64,000 nt of DNA from an uncultured Planctomycetia bacterium. GTDB lineage: Bacteria > Planctomycetota > MHYJ01 > WSZJ01 > CAZWCX01. The DNA lies in NCBI GenBank assembly GCA_964632945.1, contig CAZWCX010000022.1, positions 1 to 64,000 of the forward strand, read 5' to 3'. Position 1 is the stretch's first letter; the number at the start of each line of letters is the position of its first letter. The notes under the pieces are model-generated. The model saw nothing but the letters and a program-made list of their open reading frames with translations. It was not told the DNA's origin and did not search any database. This document shows positions 28,548-38,200 of this stretch, one piece after another. A program made the translations under genes and the position numbers.

Positions 28548-29642
28548 TCACTTCCCCTGCAGCATCACGATCGCCACGATCACCGCAACCACGGCCAGGA
28601 CCGCGAGCGTGATCTTGATCCAGGAGTACGGGGCCTCGCCGCTCACCTTTCCGGTCTGACCGTTGACGAGGTAGCGCCAGGTCTTCCCCTGGTAGAGATA
28701 GGTGGCGATCCACACCGGCAGCAGGCAGAGCTTGAACCGCCGGTTGTTGTACGACGTGCGGACGCGCAGGTTCCGGTGCGTGTCTCCCGGTACCATTCGC
28801 GCGCAGGCGGACCGGATGCGCTCGTCGATCTCGTCCTTCGCCCGCGGCCAGCTCTGCTTGACGTCGAACTGGTAATCCTCGGCGATCATGCCGGCCAGAT
28901 AGTCCGGTTTGTATGCCGTCAGCGCCTTGGTATCGTACGGCTCGAGCTGCTTGACGAGGTTCTCGTCGACCGATTTCGACGCCGCCACCAGCACGTCGTC
29001 ATAATACGCCGAATGGTTTCCGCTCGCCGGCTGCCAGCGGGTCTTCTGCACCTGGCGCGTGCGCCGCTGACCCTGCGCATCGGTGTACGATTCCGTGACG
29101 TAGTAGTGGTAGCCCGCCTCGGCCGTCCAGAAGGAGTGCGTCATCGCGTCGAACGTCCAGAAGGGAATGTAGACGCCGCGGATCGCATCCGGTCGGGCCT
29201 GTTGCTTGAGCGCGTTGGGCCGGAACCAGAGGCCGCTGATCCAGGTCTTGAATTCGGAGGCGACGTTCTCGCGGGAAACCTGAAACGGGACCAGGGACTC
29301 GGGCTTGAAGAGATCCTCGGTCTGGGTGCGCGGAATGACCTGGTTGGAACCGCAGAAGGCGCAGATGAGGGCGGACACCTGGGCCTCGACTTCCGTCAGG
29401 GCGCCGCACAATTCACACTTCACGGGCTTGAAGGCGGCGCCCCAGCCGCGCGGGCGGCGCGCGAGATCGGCCTGGTCGAAGTCGTACTCCCGGATCTCGG
29501 CCTCGGATTGGGGGATGGCCTCGGCATGGCCGCAATACGGGCATTTCAGCGCGGTCTGCCCGGGGACGAATTCCAGCTTGGCGCCGCAGGCCCCGCAGGG
29601 GAACTGGAGGGGGTTCTTCTGTTCCGCGACGGGGCCGGTCAT
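28548..29642 (-). CDS. Double zinc-ribbon protein with C-terminal TM anchor (SPFH-operon member)
   Basis: N-terminal CGACGAKLEF…CPYCGH and CELCGAL…CAFCGS ribbons; a globular middle domain; C-terminal helix ITLAVLAVVAVIVAIVML. GGAGAA RBS. Confidence 0.65.
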   Translation of the reverse strand: MTGPVAEQKNPLQFPCGACGAKLEFVPGQTALKCPYCGHAEAIPQSEAEIREYDFDQADLARRPRGWGAAFKPVKCELCGALTEVEAQVSALICAFCGSNQVIPRTQTEDLFKPESLVPFQVSRENVASEFKTWISGLWFRPNALKQQARPDAIRGVYIPFWTFDAMTHSFWTAEAGYHYYVTESYTDAQGQRRTRQVQKTRWQPASGNHSAYYDDVLVAASKSVDENLVKQLEPYDTKALTAYKPDYLAGMIAEDYQFDVKQSWPRAKDEIDERIRSACARMVPGDTHRNLRVRTSYNNRRFKLCLLPVWIATYLYQGKTWRYLVNGQTGKVSGEAPYSWIKITLAVLAVVAVIVAIVMLQGK

Positions 29643-29849
29643 GGGCGGTTCTCCGCTAGGGGGGAAGGCGGGTTGGGACGGGGACGGCGCCTCGCGGCGT
29701 GGGTCGGACGGGCGGCGCCGCGGCGGGAGGTCGCCCGTCCCGGGTGCGGGAAGGCCGACCGTTTTCTTCGCGGCGGAATCCGCGCCAATGGGTTGGCCGG
29801 CGCCCGGGGGAAGGGCCGGCGCGTTCGACGCCGCGCCGGCCCCCGGGGT

Positions 29850-31163
29850 CTACGACAGGGGCGGCGGACCTCCGCCCAGGCGTCCGGCGATCTCCGGGAC
29901 CGACTTTGCGTCGCTCCACGAGGGCATGCCGTCGCGCCAGACCTTGTGGGTGCCGCCCGGATTGGCCTTGATGCGGGCGACGAGCTCAGCGAGCGGATAC
30001 GGACCTTCCGGCTGCGAGCCGGAGGAGTAATGGAAGGTCGGCTCCGCCGAAGCGGCCAGCGGCGGCGGCCCCCCGGCGACCGGGGGTGGACCCGCCGGCG
30101 GCCCGGACGGGGGACCGGCCAGGGAGGCGATCGCGGACACCTGCTGCCACGGCTGCCAGGCCGACATGCCCGGCGCCCACACCGTCGCCGACGCGCCGCG
30201 CGCGTCGCGCACGACCGATGCGGCCGCCGAAGCCGTCATCGGTCCGCTCTGCCCGTTCGGACCGTTGACGTAGTACTGCGACTCCGGCGGAGGCGGCGGG
30301 GCCGACATCGCGTTCCCCATCGACTGCGTGAACACCTGCCCCATCGCGATTCCCGCGCCCATGCCGGCGAAGGTTCCGGCGCCGCCCGGGTTCTGCGCCG
30401 CGTCGCGCATCGACTGCGCCGCCTGGTACTGCGCGAACTGGCCGAGATTCCCGACCGCACCCATCGAGCTGCGCGTGTCGATCGCCTTTTCCACCTCCGG
30501 CGGCAGCGAGATGTTCTCGATCAGGAACTTGGTCAGCGTGATCCCGCCCTTGCGGAACTCGGGATCCATCTTCTCCTGCAGTTTTCCGCCCAGCGTGTCG
30601 TAGTTCCCCGCCAGGTCGAGGACCGGGATCTTCGCCTGCCCGAGCGTGTTCGTGAAGCTCGACACCAGGGTCCGCCGCAACTGCCCCTCGATCTCCTCCG
30701 TCGTGAACCGGTGGTCGGTCCCGACGTAGGTCTTGAAAAAGGTCGGCGCGTCGGTGACCTTGATCGCATAGATCCCGAACGCGCGCACGCGCACGATGCC
30801 GAAATCGGCGTCGCGCATCGGGATCGGATTCATCGTTCCCCACTTCATGTCGATGTACTGCTTCGTGTTGATGAAGTAGACCTCGGCCTTGAAGGGGGAC
30901 TCGAAGCCGTACTTCCAGGATTGCAGGGAGGTGAGGATCGGAATGTTCTGCGTGCGCAGGGTGTAGGTGCCGGGCTGGAAGACGTCGCCCATCTGCCCTT
31001 CGCTGACGAAGATGGCGACCTGGCCTTCGCGCACGATCAGTTTGGCGCCCTGCTTGATCTCGTTGTCGCTGTCGGGAAACCGCCAGCACAGGGTGTTGTT
31101 GCTGTCGTCCAGCCAGGAGATGATGTCGATCGCCTGACCGCGGATGAAGTTGAGGATTCCCAT
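29850..31163 (-). CDS. SPFH/Band-7 domain protein with C-terminal DUF4339 (GYF-like) domain
   Basis: N-terminus MGILNFIRGQAIDIISWLD… is typical of the YdjI-like SPFH (virion-core-like) family. C-terminus …YPLAELVARIKANPGGTHKVWRDGMPSWSDAKSVPEIA is the DUF4339 signature. AAAGGAG RBS. Confidence 0.75.
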   Translation of the reverse strand: MGILNFIRGQAIDIISWLDDSNNTLCWRFPDSDNEIKQGAKLIVREGQVAIFVSEGQMGDVFQPGTYTLRTQNIPILTSLQSWKYGFESPFKAEVYFINTKQYIDMKWGTMNPIPMRDADFGIVRVRAFGIYAIKVTDAPTFFKTYVGTDHRFTTEEIEGQLRRTLVSSFTNTLGQAKIPVLDLAGNYDTLGGKLQEKMDPEFRKGGITLTKFLIENISLPPEVEKAIDTRSSMGAVGNLGQFAQYQAAQSMRDAAQNPGGAGTFAGMGAGIAMGQVFTQSMGNAMSAPPPPPESQYYVNGPNGQSGPMTASAAASVVRDARGASATVWAPGMSAWQPWQQVSAIASLAGPPSGPPAGPPPVAGGPPPLAASAEPTFHYSSGSQPEGPYPLAELVARIKANPGGTHKVWRDGMPSWSDAKSVPEIAGRLGGGPPPLS

Positions 31164-31184
31164 CAGCTGACTCCTTTCGCCCGG

Positions 31185-32168
31185 TCAGCGGGCAAGGACT
31201 CGTCGGACCTCGTCCACCTTCCGTGTGAGGGATTCGACTTCTTGCTGCATCTGCAGTTGAATCTGCGGAGTGGGGCCCGCCTCGAGGGCCCGGCCGAGGG
31301 CGAGCACGTCTTCGCGGGCCTTGGCCGCGGTCGCGGCGAAGTCGGCCAGAGCCCGTTCCGCGGCGGCCTTTTGCGCGGCATCGCCCGTTTCCTGGACGCG
31401 CCTGGCGACGGCGGTGGCTTCCTCGAGAAGCCGGGTCGCGGCCTGTGCCATCGGACCCCTCGCGCCGCCCGCGGTGATGCCGAGCGGGTCCTGGCGCCGC
31501 ACGCGCTCGAGCACGTCATGCACGACGCCGGTGACCGCCGCAAGGCGCTCCCGCGCGGGGTGCGCGGGTTCCCGCAGGATCTGCGCCGCCTCTCGCGCGA
31601 CCGGGGCCCAGGCGACCCACGACTCGGGCGGTACGGGCGCCGATCCGAGGATGCGCGCGGGGCGGGGCTTCGTCTTCATCCCCGCGGCCGCCACCGCCAG
31701 GGCCGCCCCGAGCACGGCGACCCACAAGGGGAGAATCAACCAGAGCAAGAGCAGTGTCCCTGCCCCGGCCGCGTACGGCAGCGGCGTGGCGAAGCCCGAC
31801 TTCGGCACCGGAGGCGGCCCGCTGACCACCTGCGCGTTGGTCTCCTTGCGGCCGAGCTTCGCCGCCAGCGCCTCCGCGGAGGCGCGGTCGAGCCCCCGGC
31901 AGATGCGCAAGGACCCGGACGCCAGCGCCGCGAAGGCGTCCTCTTCGCGCACGGATTCCAGGAGTCGCGAGAGCTTCACCGCCGCCTCGCGCCGCATCTT
32001 CTCCATCGGGATGTCCAGCGTCTCCACGCCGTAGTCGTCGTCGCCGAGCGAGGCGTAGAGCGGACGACCCCCGCAGCACAGGCAGACGTCGAGCCCCGGG
32101 AGCACGTCCCGGTCGCACGACAGACAAGGAGCGCTGCGAGACTCTTCCTTCATCGGGTCAGATTCCAT
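31185..32168 (-). CDS. Zinc-ribbon / TM / coiled-coil protein (SPFH-operon member)
   Basis: N-terminal CLSCD…CLCCG ribbon; TM helices (LLLLWLILPLWVAVLGAALAVAAAG); a long C-terminal coiled coil. Its start overlaps the TerB-like gene stop by 11 nt. Confidence 0.6.
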   Translation of the reverse strand: MESDPMKEESRSAPCLSCDRDVLPGLDVCLCCGGRPLYASLGDDDYGVETLDIPMEKMRREAAVKLSRLLESVREEDAFAALASGSLRICRGLDRASAEALAAKLGRKETNAQVVSGPPPVPKSGFATPLPYAAGAGTLLLLWLILPLWVAVLGAALAVAAAGMKTKPRPARILGSAPVPPESWVAWAPVAREAAQILREPAHPARERLAAVTGVVHDVLERVRRQDPLGITAGGARGPMAQAATRLLEEATAVARRVQETGDAAQKAAAERALADFAATAAKAREDVLALGRALEAGPTPQIQLQMQQEVESLTRKVDEVRRVLAR

Positions 32169-32532
32169 TCTTTTCCACGGACTTCTCGAGTTCCTCCAGG
32201 GAATCCGGCAGTCCCAGCCCCTTCGCGAGCCAGTTCAGGGTCGCCTTTTCCGTCGGACTCACGCGTCCGTCCGCCCGCACCAGCAGGATCGCGGTCTTGA
32301 GGAACGTGCGGCGGATCCACTCGGTCTCGAGCGTGCGATAGAACCTGACCGGATCGAACACCAGGTCGTCGAGCCGGTCGACCAACTCCGGTGCGCCGGC
32401 TTCCTTGACGAACTCGGCGATGAGCTTCTTCTCCCGATCCTCCAGCCCGTCCGTGCAGGCCACGTAATAGAGGCCGGTGGCGAACGCCTCCACCTGCGCG
32501 CGCGTGAGGGAAGGGTGGGTTTTTTCGGCCAT
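32158..32532 (-). CDS. TerB-like (tellurite-resistance TerB family) small protein
   Basis: 124-aa all-helical product with the TerB-type pattern (…LYYVACTDGLEDREKKLIAEFVKE…ILLVRADGRVSPTEKATL…). Confidence 0.55.
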   Translation of the reverse strand: MAEKTHPSLTRAQVEAFATGLYYVACTDGLEDREKKLIAEFVKEAGAPELVDRLDDLVFDPVRFYRTLETEWIRRTFLKTAILLVRADGRVSPTEKATLNWLAKGLGLPDSLEELEKSVEKNGI

Positions 32533-32653
32533 GATGCGGTCCTCGAATGCGGGTCGCCTCCGTGCGCCGCGAGAAACACTAGCAGGGGGAAAGGGGGGCG
32601 TCAAGGCACAACCCGGGTCGAACCTGCGCCCTTTCCTCGGGGACGGGTGCGGT

Positions 32654-33676
32654 TCACGCCTCGACGGCGGCCGGAAGCGGGCTCCAGGTTTCGTGACTCA
32701 TGCGGTGGATCGAGTCGAACACCGCCGTGCGGGTGGCGACGAAGAAGTGAATCTCGCTCGCGGTCACCCGCGCGAGGCGCTCGTATACGTCCGGAGACGC
32801 CAGCGAGCAAATCGCCACGATCATCGCGCTTCCCATCCGGTCGAGGATGACGAGCCGGTTCTTCGCCATCTCCTCCAGCGGCATGAGCAGGCTCATGCTC
32901 GGATCGATGGCGTAGGTGGAGGCGTCGAGATAGGGCAGCCCCCACAGTTCCGCGAGAAAGCAGGCGACCTCGTGCTCGGCCAGGCACCCCTGGCCGACCA
33001 GGGCCTCTTCGAGCGGCTCCCCGGTGAGCACGCGACGGGTGCGGACTCCGGCGAGCTGCAATTCGTCGATCCGTCCGTCCTCCAGCAATTGCTCCTCGAG
33101 GTCGAGCCGCGCTCGTGCCGTCAGGACCGGCTCCGGCGCGGGCTCCCGGATGGACAGGACCACGGGCTCCGGCCGGCGCGGGTGGACGTCGTCATCCAGA
33201 ATCGCCCCCATGGCGCGGCGGATCGCCCCCGGAGTGCTCGCGACCGGCCGCAGCAGGTCCGGCGTGGCCAGTCGCAGTTGGTCGAGCGCGAACATGTCGT
33301 GCGGATTCCCCATCGCGACCGTGAGCACGTTTCCGGAGTGGGAAATGGGCAGGACGTGGTGGCGCTCCGCCTTTTCGCGCGGCAGCCAGTGAAAGATCTC
33401 CTCGGGCAGGCTGAGCCGGTCGAGGTCGATGGGCGGGATCTGGAGTTCGTGCGCCATGAGCCCGATCAGCATGCGCTCGGGCACGAATCCGCGGGCGACC
33501 AGCACCTCGGTGAGCGGCTTTCCCTCGCGCGCGGCGATGTCGGCCGCCTCCCGCGCCTGTGGGGGCGTGAGCAGCCCGCGTTCCACCAGTTCCGAGAGTC
33601 CGCTGGGGACCGTGCCTTCCATGGGCTGATCGTCCGCTGGCATCGGGGAGGGGGCGGTTCCTGGTTTCGGGCCCAT
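32654..33676 (-). CDS. Standalone protein with two tandem T2SSE_N/MshEN (GspE N-terminal) domains, no ATPase
   Basis: Domain 1: LSELVERGLLTPPQAREAADIAAREGKPLTEVLVARGFVPERMLIGLMAHEL…NVLTVAMGNP. Domain 2: …ACFLAELWGLPYLDAS…NRLVILDRMGSAMIVAICSL. The start is uncertain; the ORF-track TTG start is at 33703. Confidence 0.65.
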   Translation of the reverse strand: MGPKPGTAPSPMPADDQPMEGTVPSGLSELVERGLLTPPQAREAADIAAREGKPLTEVLVARGFVPERMLIGLMAHELQIPPIDLDRLSLPEEIFHWLPREKAERHHVLPISHSGNVLTVAMGNPHDMFALDQLRLATPDLLRPVASTPGAIRRAMGAILDDDVHPRRPEPVVLSIREPAPEPVLTARARLDLEEQLLEDGRIDELQLAGVRTRRVLTGEPLEEALVGQGCLAEHEVACFLAELWGLPYLDASTYAIDPSMSLLMPLEEMAKNRLVILDRMGSAMIVAICSLASPDVYERLARVTASEIHFFVATRTAVFDSIHRMSHETWSPLPAAVEA

Positions 33677-33730
33677 TGAACCAACTGGCGTCGGGCGATG
33701 CAAGGGGTCCGCACCCGCGTGGCAGGCTCG

Positions 33731-34429
33731 TCAGCGACCACCCAGTTCGAGGAAGTACTGCTCGGGCAGAAACGTATGTTCGCGCACGAGCGTGAGCCCG
33801 GCGAGTTGCGCCTCGTCGAGAACGCGCCGCTTGGGGAGCTTGTGTTCCTTCGGCGGTCCTTTCGTCGAGTCCGGGTGGAAGTCGACGAGGGCAATTCGTC
33901 CGCCCGGCCGCAGCGCCGCCCGCAATTCCGCCAGGTAGCGCGCGCGCTCGGGCAGGTGGTGGTAGGTGTTGACGATCAGGACGAGGTCGACGCTCGCGGG
34001 CGCGAGCCCTGCGGAGTCGGGGGAGACGAGCCGGGTTTCGAGGTTGGCGATCCGCTCGCCGCGCGCGCGCCCGGACAGGCGCCGGACGAATTCCGGTTCG
34101 ATGTCGAGCGCAAAGACGCGCCCCTCCGGGACCGCCCGGGCGAGGCGAAGGGCGAAGTAGCCCGAACCCGCGCCGAGGTCGGCGACGTGCGCATCCGGTC
34201 GCAGGCGCAGCGCGCGCACGACGTCGTCCGGCTTCTGCCACGCCAGGCGATCGGCGGCCTCGTAGCGGGCGATCCGTTCCTCCACCGTGCCCGACTCCCG
34301 GTGCGGTTCGTGGCCGTGCCCGTGGCCCGGGGCGTGCCCGCGTTCGGCCGGCGGATGACTGCGGGTCGCGCAGCCGGACGCGGAGAGGAGGAGGAGCAGG
34401 GCGGCGAGGGCGGGGAGGAGGGCGCGCAT
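33731..34429 (-). CDS. Secreted/lipoprotein class I SAM-dependent methyltransferase with His-rich segment
   Basis: Lipobox LSASGC; His-rich HAPGHGHGHEPH; SAM motif I (VADLGAGSGYFALRLA). Confidence 0.7.
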   Translation of the reverse strand: MRALLPALAALLLLLSASGCATRSHPPAERGHAPGHGHGHEPHRESGTVEERIARYEAADRLAWQKPDDVVRALRLRPDAHVADLGAGSGYFALRLARAVPEGRVFALDIEPEFVRRLSGRARGERIANLETRLVSPDSAGLAPASVDLVLIVNTYHHLPERARYLAELRAALRPGGRIALVDFHPDSTKGPPKEHKLPKRRVLDEAQLAGLTLVREHTFLPEQYFLELGGR

Positions 34430-34615
34430 GGGAAGTCCTTCGGTGAGGGTAGGAACGGTCGAAGAAGGGGACTGGATCCGAATCTAGCGAGGGGTGGCCG
34501 GATGGTCAATGCTCCCCTGCCGCGCCGGGAGCGGAGGTCCGGTCCGCTGCGACGCGTTGCGTCGCCGCCCGCCATCCGCTACACTGCCCCCGTCCCCCTT
34601 CCCCTGGAGGCACCC

Positions 34616-35221
34616 ATGCCCTGGAGTCGACGGGTCGAGGCGGCGCTCTGCTTCGCCGCGCAATTGCACCAGGACCAGGAGCGCAAAGGCTCGGGTACGC
34701 CGTACCTCTGCCACCTCCTTGCGGTCGCCGCGCTCGTCGGGGAGTCCGGCGGCAGCGAAGACGAGTTCATCGCGGCCGTGCTGCATGACGCGGTCGAGGA
34801 CCAGGGCGGAGCGCCGACGCTCGCGCGGGTTCGCGGGCTCTTCGGGGACGCGGTGGCCGAGATCGTCGCCGGCTGCACCGACACCGACGCGACCCCCAAG
34901 CCGCCCTGGCGCGCGCGCAAGGAGGCTTACATCGCGCACCTGGCCCAGGCGTCGCCCTCGGTGTTGCGCGTGTCGTGCGCGGACAAGCTGCACAATGCGC
35001 GCGCGATCGTGGCCGACCTGCGCAAGCAGGGGGACGCGGCGTGGTCGATCTTCAAGGGGGGCAAGGACGGCACGCTCTGGTACTACCGCGCATTGACGGA
35101 GGAGTACCGGAAGCGGGGAGCGCCGGCGGTGCTGCTCGAAGACCTGGATCGGGCGGTGCGTGAGATGGAGGCGCTCGCGGCCGGGGGGGGGAAGGGCATC
35201 AAGGCGACCGGGTCGCCTTGA
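34616..35221 (+). CDS. Small HD-domain phosphohydrolase, RelA/SpoT-hydrolase-like (small alarmone hydrolase candidate)
   Basis: GGAGG RBS. HD motif …YLCHLLAVAALV…AAVLHDAVED in a ~200-aa single-domain protein. Its 3' end overlaps the convergent kinase gene by 23 nt. Confidence 0.55.
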   Translation: MPWSRRVEAALCFAAQLHQDQERKGSGTPYLCHLLAVAALVGESGGSEDEFIAAVLHDAVEDQGGAPTLARVRGLFGDAVAEIVAGCTDTDATPKPPWRARKEAYIAHLAQASPSVLRVSCADKLHNARAIVADLRKQGDAAWSIFKGGKDGTLWYYRALTEEYRKRGAPAVLLEDLDRAVREMEALAAGGGKGIKATGSP

Positions 35222-38200
35222 GCCGGAATCCCGGATGGCCGTGGGTTTCCTCGGGAAGGCGCGCCTCGCGGGAGGCTGCGCGGCAGCGCGAGGCCGCGCT
35301 GCTCCAGGAGGCCCCCTTGAGCACCCGCCACTCTCCCGCCGGACCGCCGGTGGAGATCGTCCATTCCGCGACTCCGCCCGCCAAGTCGCGCACGCCATAG
35401 GGGCTTTCGTCGACGGGAAAAAGGCCGTACGGCTCCGCGCCGAGCCTGAGGGACTCTCCTTCGCGGGAGTCCTGCATGCGACAGAACGACTCGTCGAAGT
35501 GGTCCCCCCAGGGGAAGAAGCGGCCGTCGGGGCCGCGCGCGCCCTTCTCCCATTCGTCCTCGGTCGGCAACTGGAAGATCCAGCCGCTGCCGATCTTGCG
35601 CGTCAGCCAGCGCGTGTAGTCGACGGCGTCGTGCCAGGAGATGCCCCACACGGGCCAGTCCGGCCGCCACTCCGGATCGCGGAAGATGACCTGCTCCTGC
35701 GGGTCGATGGACCACAGCGTGGAGGCCGGGTCGGCGTTGGCGGAGAGCCGGGGAAGCCGGGAGCGGGCCGCCGCGGGGGAGTGCCAGGCGCGGTCGTTCA
35801 GGTATTCGACGTACATACCGCTCGTGACCTCGAAGCGGGCCAGGTAGAACCCCTGCCCCGCGGACGCGCCCGGCTTGCCGTCGGGAGGAGGCAGGCGCAC
35901 CCAGCCCCCCTCCCGGGAGGGGGAGTACTGGGCCTCCGGATCCCCGGCGATCTGACAGGGACCGGCGGACACATGCCGCCAATAGGAGGCGGACAGTCCT
36001 CCGCGCGGGAGGGAGAGGGGAGGCGGGTCCGATCCGGGCGGGAGCGGGGGCACTTCGGTGCTGCCGGGAATGTCGCAGGCGTCGTTCCAGGGTTCGTCAC
36101 GCCGGACTTCGAAGGGGTAACGGAGAGGCCACAGGCCCTGGCCGGGCGCGAAATAGAGGAGATAGGAGCCGCGGGGGAGGGTGCCGCGGAAGAGGACGTG
36201 GCGGCGTCCGTCGGCGTCCGGTTCTTCCAACTCGAGTTCGAGGCGTCCGGCCGGCACCGGGTGGAGGGCGAAGGCGCTCCCGAAGCGGGCGTCCACGACG
36301 GCGCGGAGGGCGGTTCCGCCCAGGGGGCTGCGGAGCGCGGATCCCAGGGGGACCGGATCGGTCGCGGAGTGGGCGGGCGGGGCGAGCACTTCGCCGTTGG
36401 CCGGGTTGGCCGGGACCGGCGTGCGAATCGGCGGCGACCCGGCCGCCTCGTACCGGAACAGGTAGGCCTCGACGGGTTGCGCATCCAGGTCCGCCGGGCG
36501 GTGTGGCAGGCGGAACGAGATCCGCACCTTGCGCTCCCCGCGGAGGAGGTGGGCGTACTCCTGGCGGCCGAACTTGAGGACGAGGGAGCGGTACGAGTCC
36601 ATCGCGGAGGCGTCCCGGGCGCGCTCCGCGTCGAGGAAGCGGTCGAGGTTCAGGTCGGCGAGGCGTTTGCGCGCCTCGATGTGGTCCTTCCAGTTGCCCA
36701 GGGCTTCCGTGAACGCGGAGACGGAGCTCGCGAAGTGGGCCTCGCGTTCCTGGATCGCCCGGCGCAGGTCCTCCTCCCGCTCCCAGAGGCGGCGCTTTTC
36801 GAGGTGCGTGCGGGCGGTGCGGAGGCCCTGGCGCAGGGAGCGCAGTTCGACCTGGAGGATCTGGATTCTCGCCTTCACCTGTCGGTACTCGGCGAAGGTC
36901 TCCTCGCCGAAGGCGTACGCCTCCTGCGCGGCAATCTGGGCAAGGAGTTGCTTGATTTCCGGATCGGCCGGTTCCAGGACCTGGGCCTCGCGGGCATGCA
37001 TCATGGCCGACGAGAGGTCTCCGTTCGCGAAGGCGGTGCGCGAGTCGGCGCGGAAGCGGATGAAATCGGCGCGGCGCTGGATCGTCCGGACCGCGACGGT
37101 CGCGGTCGCGCCGACGACGACGAAGATGAGGGCGGCGAAGAGGGCGGAGAGGAGCGGAGTCCGTTTCGCCCGGCGCCAGGCGCGCACGGCCACGTTGACG
37201 GGACGGGCGACGATCGGCTCGCCGGCGAGGTAGCGGCGCAGATCGGCGGCGAGTTCGGCGGCCGAAGGATACCGGTTCTCGGCCTCTTTCTGGAGGCATT
37301 TGTGGCATATGGTGGCGAGGTCGGCGTCCACCACGGGTCGGACCCGCGTGATCGGCGCGGGATCGTCGAGGATGATCGCCTCGAGCAGTTCGGGAAGGGT
37401 GGCGCGGTCGAGCGGCGGGCCGCCGGCCAGCGCCTCGTAGAGGGTGGCGCCAAGCGAATAGAGGTCGGAGCGGGCGTCCAGGTCCTCGGCCCCGCGGACC
37501 TGCTCGGGGCTCATGTAGACCGGGGTGCCGAGGATCTGGTTGTCCCGGGTCAGGCGTCCCGCATTGGGCACGGGGGAATCCACGCCCAGGGAGAGAGCGG
37601 ACTCGTGCACCTTGGCGAGGCCGAAGTCGAGCAGCATCGCGGTCATCACGTCCGGGCGGCGGTGGATCATGATGTTCTTGGGCTTGATGTCGCGGTGGAG
37701 CAGTCCGCGTTCGTGCGCGTAGGTGAGGGCGTCGGCGATCTGCAGGGTCATCTCCGCGGCTTCCCGCGGTTCGAGCCGCGACTCGCGGACGATCTCGTCG
37801 AGATCCCGGCCGGGGGCGAGCTGCATGACCATGAACGGGCAGCCCGCGGCGTCGCCGAAGTCGAACAACTGGACGATGTGGGGGTGGTGCAGGGAGGCTG
37901 CGACCTGCGCCTCGTGGCGGAAGCGGGACTTGGCATCCTCGGTGGCGGACTCCGCGCTGCGGAGGAGCTTGACGGCGACGTCCCGATTCAGTTGGCGGTC
38001 GCGACAGTGATAGGCGACGCCGACGCCGCCGCGGCCGAGTTCGCGCAGGAATTCGTACCGCTCCCGGACCACGCGCAGGGCGGCATCCTCGCCCAGGGGA
38101 TCGGAGAGGGAAGGCGGGTTTGGGGCATGCCCCGCGGGGTCGGCGTCCCGCGACGGCAGGGGGGGGGAGGGCCGGGTGGACGGGTCGCCCGGGTTCGCCG

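Noticed and set aside
28776-32300. 1174-aa plus-strand ORF antisense to the SPFH operon; similarly 35160..38297(+), 38287..42342(+), 47640..50927(+), 8471..10060(+), 11340..13418(+)
   Set aside because: All are antisense to genes with strong family signatures and have GC-artefact composition.
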